Below are positions 19,627 to 28,058 of a stretch of 64,000 bases of DNA, one piece after another (position 1 is the stretch's first letter; each line of letters begins with the position of its first letter). Below the pieces are notes generated by a model that saw only the letters and a program-made list of their open reading frames with translations, did no database searches and had not been told where the DNA came from. Made by a program: the position numbers and the translations under genes. Origin of the DNA: Geopsychrobacteraceae bacterium. Its GTDB lineage: Bacteria; Desulfobacterota; Desulfuromonadia; Desulfuromonadales; Geopsychrobacteraceae. The stretch is taken from contig OY759353.1 of NCBI GenBank assembly GCA_963662315.1, positions 1,088,001-1,152,000 on the forward strand. Direction: 5' to 3'.

Positions 19627-20543
19627 CTGACCACACGTTAAACAGCATAAAAGATCTACCGGTAAGGCATCTGCTGGGGACCGGTACAGTCATGTGCGCT
19701 GGTTGCGGCGGTCTGGAAGCAATCCACGAAACCTATAATCTGCTGGGGAGCAAAACTGTTTTTATTAACGCGGCAGGATGCATGACCATGCTGGCTGCTT
19801 ACCCCTATACGCCATTTCCTGGCTCATGGCTCTACACTGCAATGGCAGCAGCGCCAGCAGCAGCCCAGGGAGTACGTGATGCCTTGGATATCTGTATCGA
19901 CAAAGGTCGGATATCAAAGGCGAATGATTTAATCCCTGTGGTTTTAACCGGAGATGGTGTTGCCAATGGAATTGGTCTTAACGCCACATCCGGCGCTCTC
20001 GACCGCAACCTGGATTTTATCTATTTATGCTATGACAACGAAGGCTACGGCAATACCGGGCAGCAATCTTCTGCAGCAACGCCCTATGCAGCAAAAACAT
20101 CGACCAGCACAGGACCAGTAGGTTATTCAGGAAAGAAAAAGGATCTGTTTGCGATCTGGATGGCCCATAAACCGTCCTATATCGCCACTGTCATCGGAGC
20201 TGAACCGCTCGATCTGGCCCGCAAGATAAACAAAGCACGCACGCTTAAGGGACCACGCCTGATTCTGGCCCTCGCCCCCTGTCCCACCGGATGGGGTTTT
20301 GCGCCTTCAGAGACGGTGGCCATCGGGAAACTGGCCGTACAGACCGGAATCTGGCCGTTAAAGGAATACTGTGACGGTCAGCTTGTTCATACCAAAATTC
20401 CTAAACAACGCTTACCCGTGGAAGAGTACTTGAGAACCCAGAACCGTTTTGATCATCTTTTCTCTCCAACTGTGCAGAGTGATCAGCTCGCCATGATTCA
20501 AAGCCACGTTGATTGTTACTGGCAGGAACTTGAAAACAAGTAA
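19623..20543 (+). CDS. 2-oxoacid:ferredoxin oxidoreductase beta (TPP-binding) subunit
   Basis: CAGCG, GDG...DNEGYGNTGQQ TPP motif and PCPTGW. Confidence 0.92.
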   Translation: MTDHTLNSIKDLPVRHLLGTGTVMCAGCGGLEAIHETYNLLGSKTVFINAAGCMTMLAAYPYTPFPGSWLYTAMAAAPAAAQGVRDALDICIDKGRISKANDLIPVVLTGDGVANGIGLNATSGALDRNLDFIYLCYDNEGYGNTGQQSSAATPYAAKTSTSTGPVGYSGKKKDLFAIWMAHKPSYIATVIGAEPLDLARKINKARTLKGPRLILALAPCPTGWGFAPSETVAIGKLAVQTGIWPLKEYCDGQLVHTKIPKQRLPVEEYLRTQNRFDHLFSPTVQSDQLAMIQSHVDCYWQELENK

Positions 20544-20587
20544 AGACCGGTCTCCCACGGCGTGTACCGGAAGTTCGGTCAGAAATG

Positions 20588-20695
20588 AAAAAAATACCCC
20601 GCTCCGGAGGAGGTAGGAACGGGGTCAATTGTCCATTGATTGATGGACTGGAGAAAGTGGACTTGGAAATTTCTAAAACCTCCAACAATCCTGAT
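20588..20695 (-). ncRNA. Candidate sigma54-dependent small RNA (~108 nt) with an anti-SD terminator loop
   Basis: Lies between a sigma54 -24/-12 motif and a Rho-independent terminator ACCCCGTTCC-TACCTCCTCC-GGAGCGGGGT-ATTTTTTT; no credible ORF. Confidence 0.55.
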
Positions 20696-20705
20696 CGTTT
20701 ACCTG

Positions 20706-20722
20706 AGCAAAACTGATACCAA
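20706..20722 (-). promoter_or_regulatory. Sigma54 (RpoN) promoter
   Basis: Minus strand TTGGTATCAGTTTTGCT = GG-N10-GC, close to the consensus TGGCAC-N5-TTGC. Confidence 0.65.
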
Positions 20723-20826
20723 AATTAAAACAGGCGATATATTTTGAATAAAGACCATTTTTCGGGACTTTGTTATTTCAAAAAATTAATTCAAATAATT
20801 ATCGGTCAACAAATCCGTAAAAAACT

Positions 20827-20850
20827 GGTCAAATATGGCTATTTTTGACC
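20827..20850. promoter_or_regulatory. Putative enhancer (UAS) for the adjacent sigma54 activator
   Basis: Inverted repeat GGTCAAA-N10-TTTGACC about 110-130 bp upstream of the -24 element, separated from it by AT-rich DNA. Confidence 0.45.
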
Positions 20851-20921
20851 ACAAAACAGAGCCCCGGATTCTATCTAAGCGAAGAAAAAATCCCCGAAAA
20901 GGTGGCCACTCTGCAAAAGCG

Positions 20922-22289
20922 CTATTCTGAAGCAATCTGATATTTTTCCAGCTTATACCGCAACGTCCCTCTTGGCGTATTAAGAATCCGTGCTGTTTTA
21001 GCGACATTCCCGCCAGAGATAACATAGGCCTTCGCTAACAGATCCTTTTCAACCTGACACATAACATCATCAAGAACAATTCCCTCAGGCGGAATGTCGT
21101 AACTGATAGGCAGTTCACTTTGCGGTTCTTCACCCCATATTTCGCGAGGCAAATGTTGGGGCTCTATCATCTGCACGTTATACATGATGCAGATTCGCTC
21201 AACAACATTACGCAATTCACGGACATTACCCGGCCAGTGATAGCGCTCTAGAAGATCGAGCGCCTCCTTGCTGAAGCCACGCATTGACTTATTGAATTCC
21301 TTGCTGAAACGTTGCAGGAAATGCTCAAGTAAAATGGCCACATCTTCCCGCCGTTCCCGCAAAGGGGGAATATGAATGGGAAAAACATTAAGTCGATAAT
21401 ACAGATCTTCACGGAAAGCTTTATTTTCAATAGCGGTCTTCAGATCGGCGTTGGTCGCTGCGATAATTCTGACATTAATATCAATATTACGATTGCCTCC
21501 AAGACGCCGCAAACGCCGATCTTCAAGAACACGCAGAAGTTTCACTTGCAGGCTTAAATCCATTTCGCCAACTTCGTCAAGAAACACAGTGCCACGATCA
21601 GCTTGTTCAAACAGGCCTATTTTTCTATTTTTTGCATCGGTAAAGGCGCCCCGCTCATGACCAAACAATTCGGTTTCAAGCAGATTAAAGGGCAAAGACC
21701 CACAGTTTATTTCGACAAAAGCCTGATCACCACGTACCGACAAATTATGGATAGCGCGTGCCACCAGCTCTTTACCGGTGCCACTGTCGCCAGTAATCAG
21801 GACCGTAGCGGTTTCATGCTTGGCAACTTCTCGAATCTGATGAAAAATTTGTAGCAACGCCGGACTGTTGCCAACCATATTAATCCCTTCACCATCTTTG
21901 GAAAGATGCCGGACTTGGCGCCGCAATTTTTGTGTCTCAAGTGCCAATTTGACAATCAGATGAATAGCGTCAGCTTTAAATGGTTTTTTAATGTAATCAT
22001 AGGCACCAATTTTAAGTGCTTCAACAGCACTTTCCACGGTTCCGTATCCGGTAATAATAATCACCAGTATTTCAGGATCAACTTCACGCATAGCGCGCAG
22101 AACATCAAGGCCACTGCTGTTACCCAGATTCAAATCAAGCAGAACCAGGCCGATCTCCTCCTCGGCAACGATCTGAATAGCATCCTCAGGGGAATCTGTC
22201 GATAAGGTTCGATACCCATCTTCGGCAAGGATGCGCTCCAAATTTTCCCTGATAAATATTTCATCATCGACAATCAGAATTTTTTCCAT
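20922..22289 (-). CDS. Sigma54-dependent response regulator (REC-AAA+-Fis HTH, NtrC family)
   Basis: ILIVDDE and LLDL receiver; GDSGTGKE Walker A, GAFTDA, FLDEVG, FREDLYYRLN, WPGNVREL; C-terminal HTH. Confidence 0.95.
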   Translation of the reverse strand: MEKILIVDDEIFIRENLERILAEDGYRTLSTDSPEDAIQIVAEEEIGLVLLDLNLGNSSGLDVLRAMREVDPEILVIIITGYGTVESAVEALKIGAYDYIKKPFKADAIHLIVKLALETQKLRRQVRHLSKDGEGINMVGNSPALLQIFHQIREVAKHETATVLITGDSGTGKELVARAIHNLSVRGDQAFVEINCGSLPFNLLETELFGHERGAFTDAKNRKIGLFEQADRGTVFLDEVGEMDLSLQVKLLRVLEDRRLRRLGGNRNIDINVRIIAATNADLKTAIENKAFREDLYYRLNVFPIHIPPLRERREDVAILLEHFLQRFSKEFNKSMRGFSKEALDLLERYHWPGNVRELRNVVERICIMYNVQMIEPQHLPREIWGEEPQSELPISYDIPPEGIVLDDVMCQVEKDLLAKAYVISGGNVAKTARILNTPRGTLRYKLEKYQIASE

Positions 22290-22447
22290 AACAATTTTGA
22301 AACCTCCGGAAGGCTACTAGCAGTGGAACGGTCTTGCAAAACCGGGGCCGCTGAACAAAAAGGACCATGCGCCTAATAGGACAAGAATCAGAATATACCG
22401 GCAGGAAATCAGGACTTCAAGAAAAATGGTGAATTTTAGCCACCTAG

Positions 22448-24985
22448 TCAAGATAGCCTTGGATGGCAATCCATGTTGTGACGAATCGGCAGAGAAATGG
22501 TCACATCGGTCCCTTCGCCCTCTTGGCTATTGATATCTATGGAACCACCATGATCGGATATAATGTTGTAACTGATAGCAAGACCAAGCCCCGTCCCCTG
22601 CCCTTTGCTGGTAAAGAAGGGTTCAAATACCAGAGGCAGTCGCTGTGCGGAGATACCACAACCAGTGTCAGAGACATGAATGACAATATGGCGTTCACGG
22701 CGACTCGCGCTAATTGTCAGTTCACCACCCTCAGCCATCGCATCAAGAGCATTATTACACAGATTAAGCATCACCTGTTTGAGTCGGTCCCCGTCAATTA
22801 AAATTTCCGGAAGATCAGGAGCAATGGTGACTGTAAGGGCGACTTTCTGACGCTGGCACTGTTTTTTCAACAGAAACAACGAATCGTGAATGACCTGATC
22901 GATACGTCCGTTGGCAAGCTGCGGTTCCGGCATGGATGCGAAATGCAGCATTTCATTGACCAGCCCCTCAAGTCGCTCGATTTCACCAAGTGCCCTGCGA
23001 ATTAACAATTGGTCGGTCTCGTGTCCAAGCAGACGGTCGTGAAGTTCATCCAACAGCAGACTGACACCTGTTAATGGATTACGCACCTCATGGGCAATAC
23101 CTGCGGACATACGACCCAGCGAAGCAAGCCGGTCCATTCGCGCTATCTGCTGGCGCATATTCACCCGCTCAGTAATATCTTCGATAATTAACAGCCATCC
23201 TGATTGCTGGCGAAAACTTAATGGGCACAATGCCATACGATAGGTCAGATTACGCCCATTGCGTTCGGGAGTGACATAGGTCCGATACGTTTCTGAAGGA
23301 TCTTGTTGCGCCTTCGCCAACCAAACTTCAAGAACAGCGAGAACCTCAGGCCAACTGTCCAGCAGGGTACGCCAGTCACTGTCTTTATCCGGAAGATCTA
23401 TATGCAGAACCTGGCACGCCGTGCCATTGGCCGAGGTCAGATGGCACTCACGATCGAAGGTGAGTAATCCGATATCGATATTATCAAAGACCGTATTTTT
23501 AAAGTTTCTCTCCCGAATAATCTCACGCCGAGACTGCCTTAAGGCGCGCAACGTCTTCTGCAGACGCTGACTGCGACCATTCAATTCTTCAACCATTGCA
23601 TTAAATGATTCAGCCAAAACACCTACTTCATCAGATGTTTTCGCTTCAACCTTGATCTGAGTTACAGAATCACCGTTGATCATTTTCCTGGTCCCTTCGG
23701 TCAGAGACAAAACCGGTCGGACAATACTGTTGGATAAGATAAAGGCAACACCGGTAACAAAAACAACGGTCAAAGATATAACAAACCAGGACTCCATCAG
23801 ATAGCTGCTGATTTCCCGTTTGATGAGTTCCGAGGTCGCAAGTGCAGGTTGGTGAAACTGGGCAATTTCAGCACCGATGGTAATACCACCAAAGACACCA
23901 TGGCGTTGATAATCCCCTCTGCGGTAGATAATCGGCGCATAGGCCATAATTTTATTGGACCCGCCAATATTTGTCGTGTCTACGACACCAGACATTTTAT
24001 TCAACACACGCCCCGCAGCTTTGGGGTAATTGGGGTGCACAAACCCGGCAGCAAGCAGATTGAAAGGGATTCGACCCGCCTTGATCGTTGCAGCAGAAGA
24101 ATCTTCAGTGTAGGCGGGGACCAGGGTGCCGTCCGGGTCAAAGCCTCTGATGTCCCAGTATTTTGGATGCACGATGGTCCAGCCTTCATCATCAAACATA
24201 AAAGCGTAATTACCACTGGCATATGACGGAAAAACCACGTCTGCGTCACCTACTGGATTAATGTGCTGGGTAAATTCCATAAGATGTCTGTGATCCAGGG
24301 ACAAAACAACGACCCCAATCAGCTTGTCATGCCGGTACAGAGGTGAAGAAAAGCGGATTACACCCCGATAAGGGGTTCCCTGGACCGCCGCTAAAGGGGT
24401 TTCTGCCCCCTGCAGCTGTTCATCGCGGCTGACATACCAGCCTTGGAGATGAGACACCCAGATATCACCAGGAGACAGCCTGATAGCATTCTGGAAATAG
24501 GATTCGGTTTTGTAAGTCGTTTGTGCAGGATCGCTGACATCCCGCAACAGCGCTGAGGGGCGTCCATCAATGATACGAATCAGCTCCTGACCGGTAACAT
24601 CAATAAAGGCCAGTTCACTGTAAAGAAGGGTTTTCTCTCGAACCTCTACGGGCTCTTGATTGGTTCCGCTGCGGAACCAGATATCACGTTGATGAGCCCA
24701 GGTAAAATCAAGATAGTTTTGCTGGGTCGGCTCCAGCAAACTCAAATCAATAAGGTCCCCTTCCACCTCATTCAAAAAGGAGGACACCTGGTTGGCAACC
24801 ATTTTTGCCCGTTGTTCCAGGGTGCCTGCCGCCTGGTTATCAAGAGCCTGGGTCGCACGTTCCCTGAGCAGTTGTTCAACCAGCCCTAGGCTGTGCTGAG
24901 AATTAAACAGCAGCAAGCCTAAAGGGAGTAACGACAACAGTAAAAAGGCACCCAGAACTTTTTTATGAAGATTGATACGAAACAT
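22448..24985 (-). CDS. Sensor histidine kinase (TM, large periplasmic Cache-like domain, TM, HAMP, PAS-like, HisKA, HATPase)
   Basis: [13 protein letters not shown] (HAMP), IAHEVRNPL (H box), [22 protein letters not shown] and GTGLGL. Confidence 0.95.
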   Translation of the reverse strand: MFRINLHKKVLGAFLLLSLLPLGLLLFNSQHSLGLVEQLLRERATQALDNQAAGTLEQRAKMVANQVSSFLNEVEGDLIDLSLLEPTQQNYLDFTWAHQRDIWFRSGTNQEPVEVREKTLLYSELAFIDVTGQELIRIIDGRPSALLRDVSDPAQTTYKTESYFQNAIRLSPGDIWVSHLQGWYVSRDEQLQGAETPLAAVQGTPYRGVIRFSSPLYRHDKLIGVVVLSLDHRHLMEFTQHINPVGDADVVFPSYASGNYAFMFDDEGWTIVHPKYWDIRGFDPDGTLVPAYTEDSSAATIKAGRIPFNLLAAGFVHPNYPKAAGRVLNKMSGVVDTTNIGGSNKIMAYAPIIYRRGDYQRHGVFGGITIGAEIAQFHQPALATSELIKREISSYLMESWFVISLTVVFVTGVAFILSNSIVRPVLSLTEGTRKMINGDSVTQIKVEAKTSDEVGVLAESFNAMVEELNGRSQRLQKTLRALRQSRREIIRERNFKNTVFDNIDIGLLTFDRECHLTSANGTACQVLHIDLPDKDSDWRTLLDSWPEVLAVLEVWLAKAQQDPSETYRTYVTPERNGRNLTYRMALCPLSFRQQSGWLLIIEDITERVNMRQQIARMDRLASLGRMSAGIAHEVRNPLTGVSLLLDELHDRLLGHETDQLLIRRALGEIERLEGLVNEMLHFASMPEPQLANGRIDQVIHDSLFLLKKQCQRQKVALTVTIAPDLPEILIDGDRLKQVMLNLCNNALDAMAEGGELTISASRRERHIVIHVSDTGCGISAQRLPLVFEPFFTSKGQGTGLGLAISYNIISDHGGSIDINSQEGEGTDVTISLPIRHNMDCHPRLS

Positions 24986-25169
24986 GAAGGGATTATAGCG
25001 AAATTGCTGCCAACAACAAGAATATTAGCAGTAAAGGCTTAACTGTTAGTGGTGTTCAGATCAATTAACCACCGACAAGAGTTCCCCTGGATAATGCCAC
25101 CCAGGAGAACATCATCAAAAGCAAGAAAAAATAAGACCACCCAACATCAAATGTCGGTACTGACAAAAT

Positions 25170-26138
25170 TTATTTGTTACGAGCGACGACATAATCAGCC
25201 AGGGAACAAAGAGCTGTCTTGGTCTCAGAAGGAGGAAAGATATCAAGTAACTGCTTGGCCGCATCGATGCGTTGCGCCGCTTTGTCGCGGGTATAGATAA
25301 TACCGTCATAGTGATCAATCAGCTGGCACACGTAATCGAGGTCTGCGGGCAATAGCTCTTCAGCATCAACCACACGGGCGATTTCAGCACGTTCATCATC
25401 GCCACAGGCCTCATAGGTATGGATCAAAGGCAGGGTCATCTTCCCTTCATACAGATCATGACCTCGTTCTTTACCAAATTCAGCCTGATCGGCAACATAA
25501 TCGAGAGCGTCATCCATTAACTGGAAGGCCGTACCAATTTCAAGCCCAAACTCGCGCAGAGCCTCTTCTTGAGCATCGGTCGCCCCCGCAAGAATAGCCC
25601 CGACCTGACATGCTGCAGCAATAAGGATGGCTGTTTTATCCCGAACCACCTGCAAATAACGATTTTCATCAACATCAAGATCGCAAGTGTTAATCAACTG
25701 CAAGATTTCGCCTTCAGCCAGTTGTGTCGTTGTGTCGGATAATATTTTCAGAATCCGCAGATTCTCCGAATTCACCATCATTGAAAAGGACCGGGCGAAC
25801 AGAAAATCTCCGACTAACACGGAAGCCTGATTTCCCCACACCGAATTAGCCGAACGGTTTCCGCGTCTTAAACTGGCACTGTCAACAACATCATCATGCA
25901 ACAGGGTCGCCGTGTGAATAAACTCAACGACAGCGGCAAGTTCGACATGCTTATCACCCTGGTAGTTGCAGAGCCGGGCGCTGAGCAGAAGCAGCATCGG
26001 CCGAAAACGCTTTCCCCCACTAGAGAGGATGTAACGGCCGACCTGACCAATCAATTCAACACCGGAAGTCAGATTCTTGGTAAACTCAGCCTCAACGGCC
26101 TGCATATCATCTTTCAACAATGAAGTAACAGATTCCAT
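25170..26138 (-). CDS. ispB: Octaprenyl/polyprenyl diphosphate synthase
   Basis: GGKRFRP, HTATLLHDDVVD (Ala before the first DDxxD indicates long chain) and FQLMDD. Confidence 0.92.
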   Translation of the reverse strand: MESVTSLLKDDMQAVEAEFTKNLTSGVELIGQVGRYILSSGGKRFRPMLLLLSARLCNYQGDKHVELAAVVEFIHTATLLHDDVVDSASLRRGNRSANSVWGNQASVLVGDFLFARSFSMMVNSENLRILKILSDTTTQLAEGEILQLINTCDLDVDENRYLQVVRDKTAILIAAACQVGAILAGATDAQEEALREFGLEIGTAFQLMDDALDYVADQAEFGKERGHDLYEGKMTLPLIHTYEACGDDERAEIARVVDAEELLPADLDYVCQLIDHYDGIIYTRDKAAQRIDAAKQLLDIFPPSETKTALCSLADYVVARNK

Positions 26139-26378
26139 ATTATTCAGTTTCCAGGGTATCGAAAAAAAGAGGATGCCAGAGCATCAGCCCATAAAACTAC
26201 AACACATCGGTCCGGAACGAACCGGAATAAACATTTTTTGTCAGCTACAAAAAACCGACTCTCCCCCTCGATCAAGACAAACTGCTATTTCCAGACATAT
26301 TTTCTTAATTTCATCTCATTTTATTGAGCAGTAAGCGAGAAAAATGGCGCATTGTCCAGACTGCAAAACAGCCGCGTC

Positions 26379-26407
26379 ATTCTAGAAACCACCCAAGAGG
26401 ATGTCAA
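26379..26407 (-). promoter_or_regulatory. Sigma70 promoter upstream of ispB
   Basis: Minus strand TTGACA-N17-TAGAAT. Confidence 0.7.
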
Positions 26408-26465
26408 AACCTTTTTCTAAAAATAACCATCTTTACATTGCAAGCCACTTTATAAAAATTATCAC

Positions 26466-27389
26466 TCATTCGGTTTTAAAAGGAATGAACTTTTCCTGGT
26501 TCATATCCCAGCGATAATGTCCAGCCTCCCACAATTGTTCAAGTTGATCCCAACCAACCAGCTCATCTCCTGCTTCTTCAGCATAATCAGAAACACTCAG
26601 AATTTCCATATCATCAATGATATTGTTACCATCACTATCAGCCCAATGGTAAGGAGCGATTTTCAGTTGTCCAATCGAAGGGATCTCAATCTGAGACTGA
26701 CGACCGCTGTAATTAGCCACCAAACTACCTGAAACAGGCACCTTGCCAGATGCTTCGACAACACTGGCAACCCTTAAACGGTAATAAATATTTTTGTCTC
26801 GGGGAGAATGTTTAAATATCCAGCGCACGACACCATGCGCGTTGTCCACTTTTGACGCTTCAGGAAAGCTCCCCTCTAACTGCCATCCCGCTGGTATCTC
26901 TTCTTTGAGGATAACTTTCATAGATTCTTCCGATTCAACCTGAACCCTGATCAGGACAGAGGCGCCAGGCGCAGCGTAAGCAGGTAGATAACGAAGAACC
27001 GTGATTGGAACAGGCAAAAATAGCTTGAGATAAAACAGTACGCCTGCGCCGACCAGAACAACCAGACACCCCGCAATGATGATAGTTTTTTTTAAACTTG
27101 ATCGTTTAACGTCACCATCCGCTTCGTTACCAGCGATGTCCACTATGCTGTCGCGGGCTTTGAGGATCCGTTCCAATTCAACGTCTAAAGCTTCAGCCAG
27201 CTTGAGAGCATTATCTTTACGAATAGTAGGGTAACGGTTATTTTCCCACCGAGACACCGTATCGGTTGTCACCCCAACCACATTTGATACATACAACTGA
27301 GTTAAGCGCTTTTCTTCGCGAATCCGCCGGATAGCTTCACTATCAATTTCAACTCCAGCCTGATTACTCAAATCATGAGTGTCACTCAT
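26466..27389 (-). CDS. Membrane-anchored XRE/Cro HTH protein with a periplasmic C-terminal domain
   Basis: N-terminal IRRIREEKRLTQ...TVSRWEN HTH, a single TM helix, a beta-rich domain and a DSDGNNIIDDME motif. Confidence 0.8.
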   Translation of the reverse strand: MSDTHDLSNQAGVEIDSEAIRRIREEKRLTQLYVSNVVGVTTDTVSRWENNRYPTIRKDNALKLAEALDVELERILKARDSIVDIAGNEADGDVKRSSLKKTIIIAGCLVVLVGAGVLFYLKLFLPVPITVLRYLPAYAAPGASVLIRVQVESEESMKVILKEEIPAGWQLEGSFPEASKVDNAHGVVRWIFKHSPRDKNIYYRLRVASVVEASGKVPVSGSLVANYSGRQSQIEIPSIGQLKIAPYHWADSDGNNIIDDMEILSVSDYAEEAGDELVGWDQLEQLWEAGHYRWDMNQEKFIPFKTE

Positions 27390-27441
27390 ATAAAAAAACC
27401 TAGCCGATTTTTAACAAAGTACTGAAAACCCTTGTAATCAA

Positions 27442-27465
27442 ATAGACATCAACACTGATGTCTAT
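27442..27465. promoter_or_regulatory. Perfect inverted repeat (putative operator) between the divergent XRE gene and the cytochrome c gene
   Basis: ATAGACATCA-ACAC-TGATGTCTAT. Confidence 0.55.
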
Positions 27466-27544
27466 AGATGTCGTGTGAAAAATGGGTAAAAAAGTGCCAT
27501 TCTTCAGAACAGATCACATCTGCCAATATAAAAAAGGAGGCGCT

Positions 27545-27856
27545 ATGAAAATCGGACTCTATTTCTTCCTGCTGCTCACAACCACTATATCGCCGGCTTA
27601 TGCTGATTTGGGAACCCCACCTTCAAAAGTTACTTTAAGCAACAAGAGGGGTGCTGTAATATTTTACCATCAACGCCATCACGACTTAGCCTGTCAATCC
27701 TGCCATCATACAGGAAAATTAGAAAAATGCAGCCTTTGTCATGGCGTACAGCCACTGGCACCTGCCGTTAAGAAGATGTTTCACACATTGTGTAAAGACT
27801 GTCATGCAAAATCAGAAGCTGCGCCAACAAAGTGCAGAGACTGCCATCAGAAATAA
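27545..27856 (+). CDS. Small periplasmic tetraheme class III cytochrome c (c3 family)
   Basis: Signal peptide ending in AYA, V.F.H..H motif, four CxxCH motifs (CQSCH, CSLCH, CKDCH, CRDCH); AAGGAGG RBS before ATG 27545. Confidence 0.9.
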   Translation: MKIGLYFFLLLTTTISPAYADLGTPPSKVTLSNKRGAVIFYHQRHHDLACQSCHHTGKLEKCSLCHGVQPLAPAVKKMFHTLCKDCHAKSEAAPTKCRDCHQK

Positions 27857-27880
27857 AATTAATTTAATTTAAAAAATTAA

Positions 27881-27909
27881 TTGACTCTAACGAAAGATTG
27901 ATTTATAGT
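27881..27909 (+). promoter_or_regulatory. Sigma70 promoter with an AT-rich upstream element
   Basis: TTGACT-N17-TATAGT preceded by an A/T-only tract. Confidence 0.65.
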
Positions 27910-27915
27910 TTTTTT

Positions 27916-27985
27916 AACGAGAAAATAAAGCTCTCAAAACGATTTTTACCCCGTGTTCTACCTCCTGACACGGGGTCATTTTTTT
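27916..27985 (+). ncRNA. Candidate ~70 nt small RNA with an anti-SD terminator loop
   Basis: Sits between the sigma70 promoter and the terminator ACCCCGTGTT-CTACCTCCT-GACACGGGGT-CATTTTTTT; related to the 20.6 kb element. Confidence 0.5.
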
Positions 27986-28058
27986 GTTCCCCCTCTTGTA
28001 TCCATTCCTGTTGGTCATCGATAATAAAAAAATATGCCTACCATCAGGGAGGATCATC

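Noticed and set aside
20401..20688. 95-aa minus-strand ORF over the sRNA candidate
   Set aside because: TTG start without an upstream RBS; runs through an intrinsic terminator and antisense into the oxidoreductase beta gene
21637..21654. GAFTDA instead of GAFTGA in the sigma54 activator
   Set aside because: A known, frequent variant that retains the critical Phe-Thr; not evidence of sigma54 independence
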